Positions 17,814 through 26,588 of a stretch of 64,000 bases of DNA are shown in pieces (position 1 is the stretch's first letter; each line of letters opens with the position of its first letter). The position numbers were made by a program, and so were the translations under genes. Below the pieces are notes generated by a model that did no database searches, was not told the origin of the DNA, and was given only the letters and a program-made list of their open reading frames with translations. Origin of the DNA: Limisphaerales bacterium (GTDB lineage: Bacteria; Verrucomicrobiota; Verrucomicrobiia; Limisphaerales; AAA164-E04); contig OZ242022.1 of assembly GCA_965204945.1 (NCBI GenBank), positions 3,554,333 through 3,618,332 of the forward strand, written 5' to 3'.

Positions 17814-18671
17814 ATGGGCAAAGTTTGGAATTTTAAGCAGGAGTTGACGGCGGCGTTTGGGAAGCCGATTGCGGAGAATCCGACGCAGTATATGATGGAG
17901 GCGGCGTTTCGGCATCATGGTTTGGAATGGCGGTATCTTTCTTTGGAGGTGGAGCCGGAGGGCTTGGCGGATGCGGTGAAGGGCGCGCGGGCGATGGGTT
18001 TTCGGGGGTTCAACTGCACGATTCCGCACAAGGTGGCGGTGATTGAGCATTTGGACGGTCTTGGCGAGTCAGCGGAGTTGATGGGCGCGGTGAATTGCGT
18101 GGTTCGGCGCGGAAACGCGCTCATCGGCGAGAATACGGATGGGAAGGGATTTGTGCAGTCGTTGCGAGAGTTGCGGGATCCGGCGGGGGCGGAGGTTGTG
18201 ATTTTTGGAGCCGGGGGCGCGGCGCGGGCAATCAGCGTGGAGTTGGCGTTGGCCGGAGCAAAACGGATTACCCTTGTCAACCGAAGCCGGGAACGCGGAG
18301 AGGCGTTGGCGGCGTTGCTTTCCTCGCGGGTGAAGGCGGAGGCGGAGTTTGTGTTGTGGGAGGGAGATTTTCGAGTGCCGGAGACGGCGGACGTGCTGGT
18401 TAATGCGACGTCAATTGGTTTGTTTCCGGATGTGGATGCCCGCGTGGCTTTGGAGGAGGCGAGTTTGCGTCCGGGTTTGGTTGTGGCCGATGTGATTCCG
18501 AATCCGCCAAGCACTCGTTTGGTGAAAGCGGCGCGGGTGGCTGGATGTCGGGTGATTGACGGGAAGGGGATGCTGGTGAATCAGGGCGTTCTGGGGTTTC
18601 GCTATTGGACCGGCGTGGATGCGGATGCTGAGGTGATGCACCGCGCTTTGGGCGAGGTGTTTGGAGAGTAA
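17814..18671 (+). CDS. aroE: Shikimate dehydrogenase
   Basis: GFNCTIPHK, NTDGKGF and the NADP-binding GAGGAARA motifs. The ATG at 17814 is preferred; the ORF extends to a GTG at 17787. Confidence 0.9.
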   Translation: MGKVWNFKQELTAAFGKPIAENPTQYMMEAAFRHHGLEWRYLSLEVEPEGLADAVKGARAMGFRGFNCTIPHKVAVIEHLDGLGESAELMGAVNCVVRRGNALIGENTDGKGFVQSLRELRDPAGAEVVIFGAGGAARAISVELALAGAKRITLVNRSRERGEALAALLSSRVKAEAEFVLWEGDFRVPETADVLVNATSIGLFPDVDARVALEEASLRPGLVVADVIPNPPSTRLVKAARVAGCRVIDGKGMLVNQGVLGFRYWTGVDADAEVMHRALGEVFGE

Positions 18672-18746
18672 TCTGGTTAGCGGTTGCCGGGTGGGAAAGG
18701 AATTTTGATTTATTTTGATTTATTCGAAAAAAATGGCTTGAACGGC

Positions 18747-18775
18747 TTGACTTCGGAGATAAGACGGTGTAAATA
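18747..18775 (+). promoter_or_regulatory. Near-consensus sigma70-type promoter
   Basis: TTGACT (18747-18752), exactly 17 nt, TAAATA (18770-18775). It lies in an intergenic region between convergent aroE and pyrD. Confidence 0.4.
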
Positions 18776-18781
18776 AGGGAT

Positions 18782-18971
18782 AGGTTTTTAACAACGGGCG
18801 TTTGTTTTGCGGAAGATTGTTCTTTGGAATGCCCGATAGAATTTTTAGAATTTCGATGGAAGTGGGTACACACGGAAGTCGGAAATCCCCATATCCTACT
18901 TATTGTACTAATTCTGAAAACTCCCCGGGGCCCTCAGCCATCCTCAAGGTCAAGGGCCCCGGTTTTGTTTT
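18782..18971 (+). ncRNA. Candidate ~190-nt small RNA of unknown class
   Basis: Bounded by the promoter above and the hairpin+T-tract below. It has no convincing ORF or RBS and matches no known RNA family signature that I recognise (not SRP, tmRNA or RNase P). Confidence 0.3.
18925..18971 (+). terminator. Rho-independent terminator (possibly bidirectional)
   Basis: Perfect 9-bp GC stem CCGGGGCCC / GGGCCCCGG (18925-18933 and 18954-18962), a 20-nt loop, then TTTTGTTTT. On the minus strand the stem is followed by GGAGTTTTC, so it may also serve pyrD. Confidence 0.55.
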
Positions 18972-19107
18972 CAGGGGCTGATTTCGTTTCCGCCCGGCGT
19001 TTTTTGCGTTCCTTTGCAAAAGGCGTAAAGGGATTCGTTTTTCTTTTTCTCGCTGGAATTATATTTCGAGTGCGGCTTTTGACGTTCGGCAGATGCTTTG
19101 AAAAATT

Positions 19108-20262
19108 TCAACGGGTTGGGAGGAACGGAAGGCGAGAGCCTACCGCTTGGCTGAGTGTTTTTATTTGGTGTCGTTGCATCTGGTTTGCGAGACCGCGAAT
19201 AATGTTTTGAATCAATCCGGGACCTTTGAAGACGAGGCCGGAGTAAATCTGGCAGAGATGAGCGCCGCCGGCGATTTTTTCCCAGGCGCTTTTGGCGTCG
19301 CAGATGCCGCCGACTCCGATGATGGCGAGTTTGCCTTGCGTTTGGACAGCGATGCGTTGAATGATTTCCACGCTTCTTTTTCGCATAGGTTGGCCGCTGA
19401 GTCCGCCCGTTTCTTGGCAGCTTGGCGGGAACGGCCTGCCGGGATCATCGGGGCGGGAGATTGTCGTGTTTGTTGCCACGATGCCCGCCAATGAAATGGA
19501 CTGAGCTATGTTGACGACGGATTCCAATGTATCAGTCGGGAGGTCTGGATCGATCTTTAACAAGAGAGGTTTTCCCGCAGGGACTTTGATGGATTTGTCG
19601 CTGGCCGCTAGTTGCCGATTCGTTTTGGACAAAGCGGTTAGGATGGGTTTCAGATATTGTTCTTCCTGCAAAGCCCTCACTCCCCGCACGTTTGGACAGC
19701 TGACGTTGACGACGAAGAAGTCGGCCAGACGCCAAAGTTCCTTCAAGGAATAGACAAAGTCAGAAGCGGATTCTTCAAGCGACGTTTGTTTAGACTTGCC
19801 GAGGCTGATTCCTAATGGGAATTTTGGATTGCGAGGGGATTTTGCAAGAGTTTCCGCAAGGGCGTCGGCGCCGTTATTGTTGAATCCCATGCGATTGATG
19901 ATGGCGTCGGTTTCTGGGATTCGGAAAAGGCGGGGTTTGGGATTGCCTTGTTGAGGGTATCGCGTGACGCTTCCGATTTCGCAGAAGCCAAATCCCAAGG
20001 ACGGCCATGCGGGAACGGCGATTCCGTTCTTGTCCATTCCGGCGGCGAGGCCGACGGGATTGGGGAATCGGATTCCGAATTGGGTTGTGGGGATCTCGTC
20101 CGCATCAAAAAACTCGTGGAGAAGGTCGAGCGCGGCGGGCGAACGCGCAATCGACGCGAGGCGGTTCAGCGTCCATGAGTGGATTCTTTCAGGATCGAAT
20201 CGAAACAGAACCGGCCGAATCCATTGACGATAGAACGCGCTCACGTTGAAACTATAAAACAA
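19108..20262 (-). CDS. pyrD: Dihydroorotate dehydrogenase (quinone), class 2
   Basis: Collinear with E. coli PyrD: LFRFDPERIH, NPVGLAAGMDKNG, GFGFCEIGSVT, PRLFR, NRMGFNNNG, ATNTT, GGLSG, GVGGI, QIYSGLVFKGP. Confidence 0.92.
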   Translation of the reverse strand: MFYSFNVSAFYRQWIRPVLFRFDPERIHSWTLNRLASIARSPAALDLLHEFFDADEIPTTQFGIRFPNPVGLAAGMDKNGIAVPAWPSLGFGFCEIGSVTRYPQQGNPKPRLFRIPETDAIINRMGFNNNGADALAETLAKSPRNPKFPLGISLGKSKQTSLEESASDFVYSLKELWRLADFFVVNVSCPNVRGVRALQEEQYLKPILTALSKTNRQLAASDKSIKVPAGKPLLLKIDPDLPTDTLESVVNIAQSISLAGIVATNTTISRPDDPGRPFPPSCQETGGLSGQPMRKRSVEIIQRIAVQTQGKLAIIGVGGICDAKSAWEKIAGGAHLCQIYSGLVFKGPGLIQNIIRGLANQMQRHQIKTLSQAVGSRLPFLPTR

Positions 20263-20277
20263 AACTTCCCATTCGAA

Positions 20278-21000
20278 TCAAAGCCAATTGTTTGCCAGCC
20301 GATTCAGCCATAGATGGTAGAGCTGGTTGGTTGCCAGCACGTCCTTCAAGCAATATTCCGCCACTTCTTTGCGGCGTCCTTCGGCGATGAGTTTGCTGAC
20401 GTCGTATCCGGTGATTCCGTGCGACTTGGGCGATTCAATGCCGAAGGCCTTGCAGTAGAAGTCCAAATTGAATTTTCGAGCGGCGCCGTCTCGCCCGCTG
20501 ACGTTGTAAAAAGTCAACTGGTCGGCAAGATCACAATGCGGTTTGGTTTGGAATCGGTAGCCGAGCCAATCCTTTCGGCTAATGGGGATGTTGAATTGTG
20601 CGGAGCGCAGATACAAGAAGGGAACGTCAAAAGAACGGCCGTTGAAGGTGACGACGTTGGCATAGTGCTTTGCCGTTTCCCAAAAGGCGGCGAGCATCTC
20701 CGTTTCTTCCGGAAAAGGCACGAAGGAAACCGGGCCGTCTTGGGTTTCCTCTTCTTCGTAGTCTTCGGCGACAAAGAAAACTTTTCCCCTCTGTGTTTCG
20801 GCGTTCAGCATCGCGATGCAGACGACTTCCGCCGTGAACGGCCAAAGAGAGAAGAGCCTCTCAATCTCTTCTTGCTTGGCTTGTTTTGCATCAGGATCCG
20901 TTTCGCTTGCGGCCGGCCGGAAGAGATATTCCAAAACGGTTTCGTCGAAGAAATCCTTTGGCAATGCGGAAGTTTCAATATCGAATATGAGAGAAGCCAT
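20278..21000 (-). CDS. RNase H-fold 3'-5' exonuclease (PolB exonuclease-domain-like)
   Basis: The N-terminal LIFDIETSALP is an Exo I DxE motif, followed by TFNGRSFDVPFL and later YCLKDVLAT (Exo III-like). This resembles the COG3298-type predicted exonucleases. Confidence 0.7.
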   Translation of the reverse strand: MASLIFDIETSALPKDFFDETVLEYLFRPAASETDPDAKQAKQEEIERLFSLWPFTAEVVCIAMLNAETQRGKVFFVAEDYEEEETQDGPVSFVPFPEETEMLAAFWETAKHYANVVTFNGRSFDVPFLYLRSAQFNIPISRKDWLGYRFQTKPHCDLADQLTFYNVSGRDGAARKFNLDFYCKAFGIESPKSHGITGYDVSKLIAEGRRKEVAEYCLKDVLATNQLYHLWLNRLANNWL

Positions 21001-21090
21001 AGCCTTGCGTTCTCAGAGAAAATTTAGGATGGCGGTCTCAAAATTCATCAAGAGTTCGCCATCCTGCGTTGTCAAACCAAGGCGGACAAG

Positions 21091-21201
21091 TTACCGTTTC
21101 TTCTTCGCGGTCTTCTTTACCGCTACTTTTTTAGCGGTTTTCTTTGCCGATTTTCTCTTTGCGGTCCGCTTTTTCGGCGCTGATTTTTTCTTTGTTCCCA
21201 C
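21091..21201 (-). CDS. Candidate 36-aa Lys/Ala-rich basic peptide (histone H1-like composition)
   Basis: GTG start preceded by GGAGGTGA 7 nt upstream. Product: (M)GTKKKSAPKKRTAKRKSAKKTAKKVAVKKTAKKKR. A possible promoter is TTAACG-16 nt-TATTAT at 21251-21224 (minus strand). It is below the ORF-track size cutoff and was found by hand translation. Confidence 0.35.
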   Translation of the reverse strand: MGTKKKSAPKKRTAKRKSAKKTAKKVAVKKTAKKKR

Positions 21202-21356
21202 AGACTTTCACCTCCATTTCGTTATAATATTCGGTACTTCTATGGCGTTAAGACAGAGAAACTTATATAGCGCAGGAAAACACTTGGCCAGTTTTTTTGC
21301 AATTGAATTGACTCTTTCTTCTTAGCGGTTACTTTCTGAGTGATAATTTCTCTTGT

Positions 21357-23921
21357 ATGCTGAAACTCAAAGCTCTGACACCGATGATGGCGCAATATCG
21401 CCGCATCAAATCCGAATTGCCGAGCGAGTCGTTGTTGCTGTTTCGATTGGGGGATTTTTACGAATTGTTTTTTGAAGACGCGCAGATTGGCTCCGAGATT
21501 CTAGAGGTTGCGCTGACAAAGAGAGGCAAGGTTCCGATGTGCGGCATTCCTTATCACGCGGCCGGCGCTTACTTGGGCAAGCTGCTTCGGGCGGGGAAAA
21601 AAGTGGCCGTCTGCGATCAAGTGGAAGAGGGGCGACCCGGAAAATTGGTCCGGCGCAAGGTGACCCAAATCCTGAGCCCCGGCGCTCATTTTGACGAGTC
21701 GATCTTGCAATCGGCGCAGAACAACTATCTGGCCGCGGTGCAACGCGCCGGCAAAATGGCGGCGGTTGGCGCTGTGGACCTTACAACCGGCGAGTTAGGC
21801 GCGGCAGAAGTGCCAATTGCGTATTTGCCGGCCGAACTGGATCGAATACTGCCCGCGGAGATTATTTTCCCGGAAAACGACACGGATTTATCGCAAAATT
21901 TATCCTCCGGCGCTTGGACTTTGAGCGGCTACGAAGAATGGACCTTTAGTTTGGAAACGGCCGAACACGCTTTGAAGGAACACTTCGGCGTCGCCTCTCT
22001 GGACGGGTTTGGCTTTCGCGGCCGACCCGCCGCCGCCGGAGTTTGCGGCGCCCTCCTTCATTATTTGTCACACCATCTGCGTCGGGATTTGAGCCATCTC
22101 AAAACGCCGGAATGCCGCGAAGGAGGCGATCACCTCGTTTTAGACAAGATGACGCTCAAAAACCTGGAAGTGCTCGAGCCGTTGCATCGAGACGCTCCGC
22201 CTTCGGCCTCGCTCTTTGGCTCTCTAAACGAGACGGTGACGCCTATGGGCGCCCGTTGTTTGCGGCAGTGGATTTCCCAGCCTTTGGCGCGACGCGATTG
22301 GATTCTCCAGCGTCAGGAAGCGGTGGAAACCTGGCGCAAACAGCCTCAACGCTTGGAGCAGCTGCGCCTCTTGTTGAAGGGAATCAAAGACTTGGAACGC
22401 ACGGTCAGCCGCCTGAGCATGGGAAGCGGCAACGCCCGCGATCTTTTGATCATCAAATCCGGCCTAGACAAGATGCCCGGCCTGAAAAAAATCCTGACAG
22501 AATCGGCCAAAAACACCGCCCAATATAGCGACACGCTCCTCTCCATTCCCAACCCGGCGTCGGGCGGCGTCTTGGCCGAATTGAATCAATCCATAAACCC
22601 GCTCCCGGAATTGTTGGAGAAGATCGGCCGCGCAATTCAAGACCAACCGCCGGCAACCATCAAAGAAGGAGGCATGATTCGAGACGGCGTCGACTCGCGT
22701 TTGGACGAATGGAGAAACGCCGGCAGAGAGGGCAAAAACTGGATCGCCGAGCTGCAACGAAACGAAGCCGAACGCACGGGCATCCCCTCCCTCAAAGTGC
22801 GCTTCAATTCCGTGTTCGGTTACTTCATCGAAGTCACCCGAAGCCACCTAAACAAAGTGCCAGAGCGCTACCGCCGCCGTCAAACCATTGCCAATGGCGA
22901 ACGATTCGTCACGCCGGAGTTAAAAAAAGTCGAAGAAAAAATCCTCGGCGCCGAGGAACGGGCTCGAAAACTGGAATACGAGCTGTTTTTGCAGATCCGA
23001 GAAACAGTCATCCAACACCTCAAACCCATCCAAAAAACCGCAGCCGCCATAGCCCAACTCGACGTCTTGGCCAGCTTCAGCGAAACGGCTCGATTGCACG
23101 ACTATTGCCGGCCGGCCATCGGCGAAGAAGGACAACTCTCCATCGTGGAAGGACGCCATCCCGCCCTAGAACGCTCCATAATCGGAGAACTCTTTGTGCC
23201 CAACAACACCGAACTCGGCGGCGAATGCCCACAAATCGCTCTCATCACCGGCCCCAATATGGCGGGAAAAAGCACCTTCGTCCGCCAAGTCGCCCTCCTC
23301 GCCCTGTTGGCGCATACCGGATCCTTCGTGCCGGCAAAAAGCGCCCGAATTGACTTGTTAGACCGAATTTTCACCCGCATCGGCGCCTCCGACGAACTCG
23401 CGCGTGGCCAATCCACCTTCATGGTCGAAATGAGCGAAACGGCCAACATCCTCAACCACGCCACCTCGCAAAGTTTGGTTGTCCTAGACGAAGTAGGACG
23501 CGGCACAAGCACTTTTGACGGACTCAGCCTGGCTTGGTCCATCGTCGAACACCTCCACAACCGCATCGGCGCCAAAACACTCTTTGCCACCCACTACCAC
23601 GAATTGACCGAACTCTCCTCCCGTCTTGAACGCGTCCGCAACTTTCGGGCAGTCGTCAAAGAATGGGGCGATCGCATCCTCTTCGTCCGCAAAATTGTTC
23701 CGGGCGGAGCAGACAAAAGCTACGGAATTCAAGTAGCCCGGCTGGCCGGCATCCCCAAGCCGGTGATCGATCGGGCAAAAAAGATTCTAGCGCGGCTGGA
23801 ACAATCCGACTTGCGAACCGACAGCCCAGCGGACAATCAACGACTTTCCCAAGCGAACCGAAACGCGCTCAAAAACCTAGAAACCCCACCCCAACTCGAC
23901 CTCTTCTCATTGCCAACATAA
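21357..23921 (+). CDS. mutS: DNA mismatch repair protein MutS
   Basis: TPMMAQY...LLLFRLGDFYELF, Walker A GPNMAGKST, Walker B LVVLDEVGRGTST, FATHYHELT. Confidence 0.95.
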   Translation: MLKLKALTPMMAQYRRIKSELPSESLLLFRLGDFYELFFEDAQIGSEILEVALTKRGKVPMCGIPYHAAGAYLGKLLRAGKKVAVCDQVEEGRPGKLVRRKVTQILSPGAHFDESILQSAQNNYLAAVQRAGKMAAVGAVDLTTGELGAAEVPIAYLPAELDRILPAEIIFPENDTDLSQNLSSGAWTLSGYEEWTFSLETAEHALKEHFGVASLDGFGFRGRPAAAGVCGALLHYLSHHLRRDLSHLKTPECREGGDHLVLDKMTLKNLEVLEPLHRDAPPSASLFGSLNETVTPMGARCLRQWISQPLARRDWILQRQEAVETWRKQPQRLEQLRLLLKGIKDLERTVSRLSMGSGNARDLLIIKSGLDKMPGLKKILTESAKNTAQYSDTLLSIPNPASGGVLAELNQSINPLPELLEKIGRAIQDQPPATIKEGGMIRDGVDSRLDEWRNAGREGKNWIAELQRNEAERTGIPSLKVRFNSVFGYFIEVTRSHLNKVPERYRRRQTIANGERFVTPELKKVEEKILGAEERARKLEYELFLQIRETVIQHLKPIQKTAAAIAQLDVLASFSETARLHDYCRPAIGEEGQLSIVEGRHPALERSIIGELFVPNNTELGGECPQIALITGPNMAGKSTFVRQVALLALLAHTGSFVPAKSARIDLLDRIFTRIGASDELARGQSTFMVEMSETANILNHATSQSLVVLDEVGRGTSTFDGLSLAWSIVEHLHNRIGAKTLFATHYHELTELSSRLERVRNFRAVVKEWGDRILFVRKIVPGGADKSYGIQVARLAGIPKPVIDRAKKILARLEQSDLRTDSPADNQRLSQANRNALKNLETPPQLDLFSLPT

Positions 23922-25059
23922 ATCACAAAAGAACACAAACTGCCAATCGCCTCCATCTTCTGCTTATCCTGCTCATTCCATTTATCCGAGATCCATCTTG
24001 TCTCTACTCCCATCTCACTGTCCAATTTGTCGTTCCTTATTCTTCACTAGATAAAAACCTCACTTCAGAGGCTTTGAAGCAAAGTAGAATCCAGTCATAC
24101 CAGCGGCAAGCACTAAACCGAGTTAGCGAATTATCGAAGCATAATCTAAGAAACCACGAGAGAAACAAACCCCAGTAATGTTTGAGACAACACGGAACTT
24201 GCCATATTATCCAGTGAAGATTCTCCTATAAAGACATCACGATGCGACGAAATGACTTGAGCAGAAACCCTCGCATAAATGCTTTCCCCTAAATTTCCTA
24301 ATGCCATCCCAACTTCTTCGCCCAAACCCAATCTAATCACTTCCCCAACCGACCCCCTCTTTGACAAGGATCATAAAAAACTTCATTGCGCTCCCTGAAC
24401 AATCCGCTCTGCCTCCTCTGATAACTTGCACTTTTCCTCATCCTAATGAATCGTTCCCCTTATCTTCTATAATAGACAGCGGAATTCCGCGCCATTCGCA
24501 ACTGACACTTCCCGGCATTGTAATGAATCCACTCGCTGCGCTCCGGGAAAGAACAACCATCCCCATTCTCAATGCCTCCAAATCTCAACAGAACATGGTC
24601 GTTTTTCCCTGCCAGTAGCATGAAAATGTATGAAGAACGGATGTTTGCGCTGGAATAACATAGTAGAGCGCGCATTGCGGAAAGACATTTCACTCACCCA
24701 TACATAATAGTTATACAACCATCAGGGGCATCTTATCCATCATTGAGGCCATATTAACAATCAATCCTTGGCAACTTCTCTCACACTGCATCCAATCCCA
24801 TCAACATCATTGCGATATCCAACCACTTAGATCGAAGGACAAACCGATGCGCTTGTCTGCTCAGACAGCCTGCAGTTTGGCGGAACTTGCCGGTTGCTTC
24901 ATCTCTTACCCAAACATACGTTCGCCACCCAAAACACGAGATTCCATGCATCAAATGGAGGCGAATGTCCAGTTACTATCGAAGACAAAAATATGTTCAG
25001 TGCTTATGGATACAAGAGCCGCATGTTATTCTTCTTTTGTTGTTGGTCAATTGGGGATC

Positions 25060-25680
25060 TTAGGGATTCGGCATCTGGAAAAGTTCGGATTGTGTCCAGG
25101 GGAGGGTTCGTCCGGCGGTTTCGGCACGGATGGTTTTGACTTGTTCGGCGGTTACGGGGTCGGCTTCGTTGCCCCATTCGGACTGCCCTCGGATGTAGGT
25201 TGCAAGGGAAGCGAGTTCTTCGTCGTCTTCGATGGTGTCTCGCCAAGGCACCATTTGCACCGAAGTATTCCATTGGACGCCGCTGACCATGATGGGGCCG
25301 GTCAGTCCGTTCAGGATTACGCGGAGGACTCGGTTGGGGCTTTCGGCGTTGACCCAGTCCGATCCGGCCAAAGGAGGATATTGGCCGGGGCTGCCGGCGC
25401 CGTTGTTTTGGTGACAAGGAGCGCAGTATTTGGCATATGCTTTCCGGCCTTTTTCAAAGCGTGGATCTACGTTCTTTTGAGGTTGAGCGGCTGCGAGAAT
25501 GTCGTGCGAGGCAAAGGGTTCGTATACTTTGGCATGGAATCCTCCGGCGTTGCTGTCGAGGTATAGGGTGGCTAGGTAGATAAGCACGAAAAAGGCCACG
25601 CAAAAAGGAATCGGCACTGGCGCCTGCGACGCGTGGGGTTCGAATTCCGTTAAATTTGAAGATTCTTCCGCCATTTCCAA
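25060..25680 (-). CDS. Membrane-anchored monoheme cytochrome c
   Basis: N-terminal TM (PFCVAFFVLIYLATLYL), one CAPCH heme-binding site, and a distal Met region (VQMVPW). It is the last gene of the respiratory operon. Confidence 0.8.
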   Translation of the reverse strand: MEMAEESSNLTEFEPHASQAPVPIPFCVAFFVLIYLATLYLDSNAGGFHAKVYEPFASHDILAAAQPQKNVDPRFEKGRKAYAKYCAPCHQNNGAGSPGQYPPLAGSDWVNAESPNRVLRVILNGLTGPIMVSGVQWNTSVQMVPWRDTIEDDEELASLATYIRGQSEWGNEADPVTAEQVKTIRAETAGRTLPWTQSELFQMPNP

Positions 25681-25682
25681 AA

Positions 25683-26588
25683 CTATTTTGTTTGCTCCGC
25701 TTGGTTCTTGATGGATTGGGAATTGATTTTGTCGGCTTCGTCCGGTTGAGTGAGCAGTCCCGGCGCTTCAAAAACCGTCTGGTCCAATCGTAAACTGACT
25801 AAGTAAGCCGCCAAGTCTCGGGCCTCGGGCTTGGGGATGATTTGTCGGCCTTGGGCGTCCGTAACCAACTTGCCTTCGTGCCGCAAGGCGTTGGCGTCTC
25901 CGCCGTCGCCGCGCAGGTCTCGTGTTTCGAAGAGATAGCGGTAACTCGGCATGATTGAGTTTTTGACGACTTTTCTTGATTGAAAAAGATGGAGCAGATG
26001 CCAATTCGAATCGGGTCTCCGGTTGCCGATATTCGACAAGTCCGGGCCGATTCGCTGGGATCCCAACATGGTCGTTTGATCCAGCAAGTAGTCTCGCGCC
26101 ACGGTTCGTCGAAATCCCCAGCCGCGCCGAATGTCGGCGTCTACGGGATGGTTCACCCGGCGAACTGAGGCTCCTTTATCGAGCCAGCTGCCGGCGATGC
26201 GATTGGCTTCTACAAGGGGAAGCCCGTCTTGAATGGTGAACGGAGTTGAGGGCAGGGGGGTTCCTTCTTGGAACCGGCCGTCGGCTAGGGACGACAATGC
26301 CTTGCCAATTTGCGCGGTGTTTGGTCCCCAGTCGTCGGCCACTAGGGAAAATTGATAGTTTTTTTGGCGGACTTGTTGGGTATGGCAACTGACGCAACCG
26401 TTTCGGCGATAAACGTCTAGGCCTCGATTGGCGGCTCCGGTTCGAGGCAGGGGAAATATTTTTCCAGTAGTCTCGTCCTGTTCGGGAATTTGGTTTCCCA
26501 ACTGTAACTGCGGGCTGTGGACGAAGCTGAACCACGAGGAAATCATCGCGAACAGCACGCCGAAAAAGAGCAACACTCCGTTGTTCAT
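25683..26588 (-). CDS. CcoO-like monoheme cytochrome c with large internal insertion
   Basis: N-terminal TM, GLDVYRRNGCVSCHTQQV (compare FixO GRNIYVREGCYLCHSQMI), and later RIGPDLSNIG...WHLLHL...SIMPSYRYLF. About 80-90 extra residues lie between these blocks. The ATG at 26588 overlaps the upstream TGA (ATGA). The ORF-track extension to 27047 is rejected. Confidence 0.8.
   Translation of the reverse strand: MNNGVLLFFGVLFAMISSWFSFVHSPQLQLGNQIPEQDETTGKIFPLPRTGAANRGLDVYRRNGCVSCHTQQVRQKNYQFSLVADDWGPNTAQIGKALSSLADGRFQEGTPLPSTPFTIQDGLPLVEANRIAGSWLDKGASVRRVNHPVDADIRRGWGFRRTVARDYLLDQTTMLGSQRIGPDLSNIGNRRPDSNWHLLHLFQSRKVVKNSIMPSYRYLFETRDLRGDGGDANALRHEGKLVTDAQGRQIIPKPEARDLAAYLVSLRLDQTVFEAPGLLTQPDEADKINSQSIKNQAEQTK

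Noticed and set aside
18824-19210. 128-aa plus-strand ORF spanning the candidate sRNA and terminator
   Set aside because: It uses a non-ATG start, has no RBS, reads straight through the GC hairpin and T-tract, and overlaps the 3' end of pyrD antisense. It has no motif.
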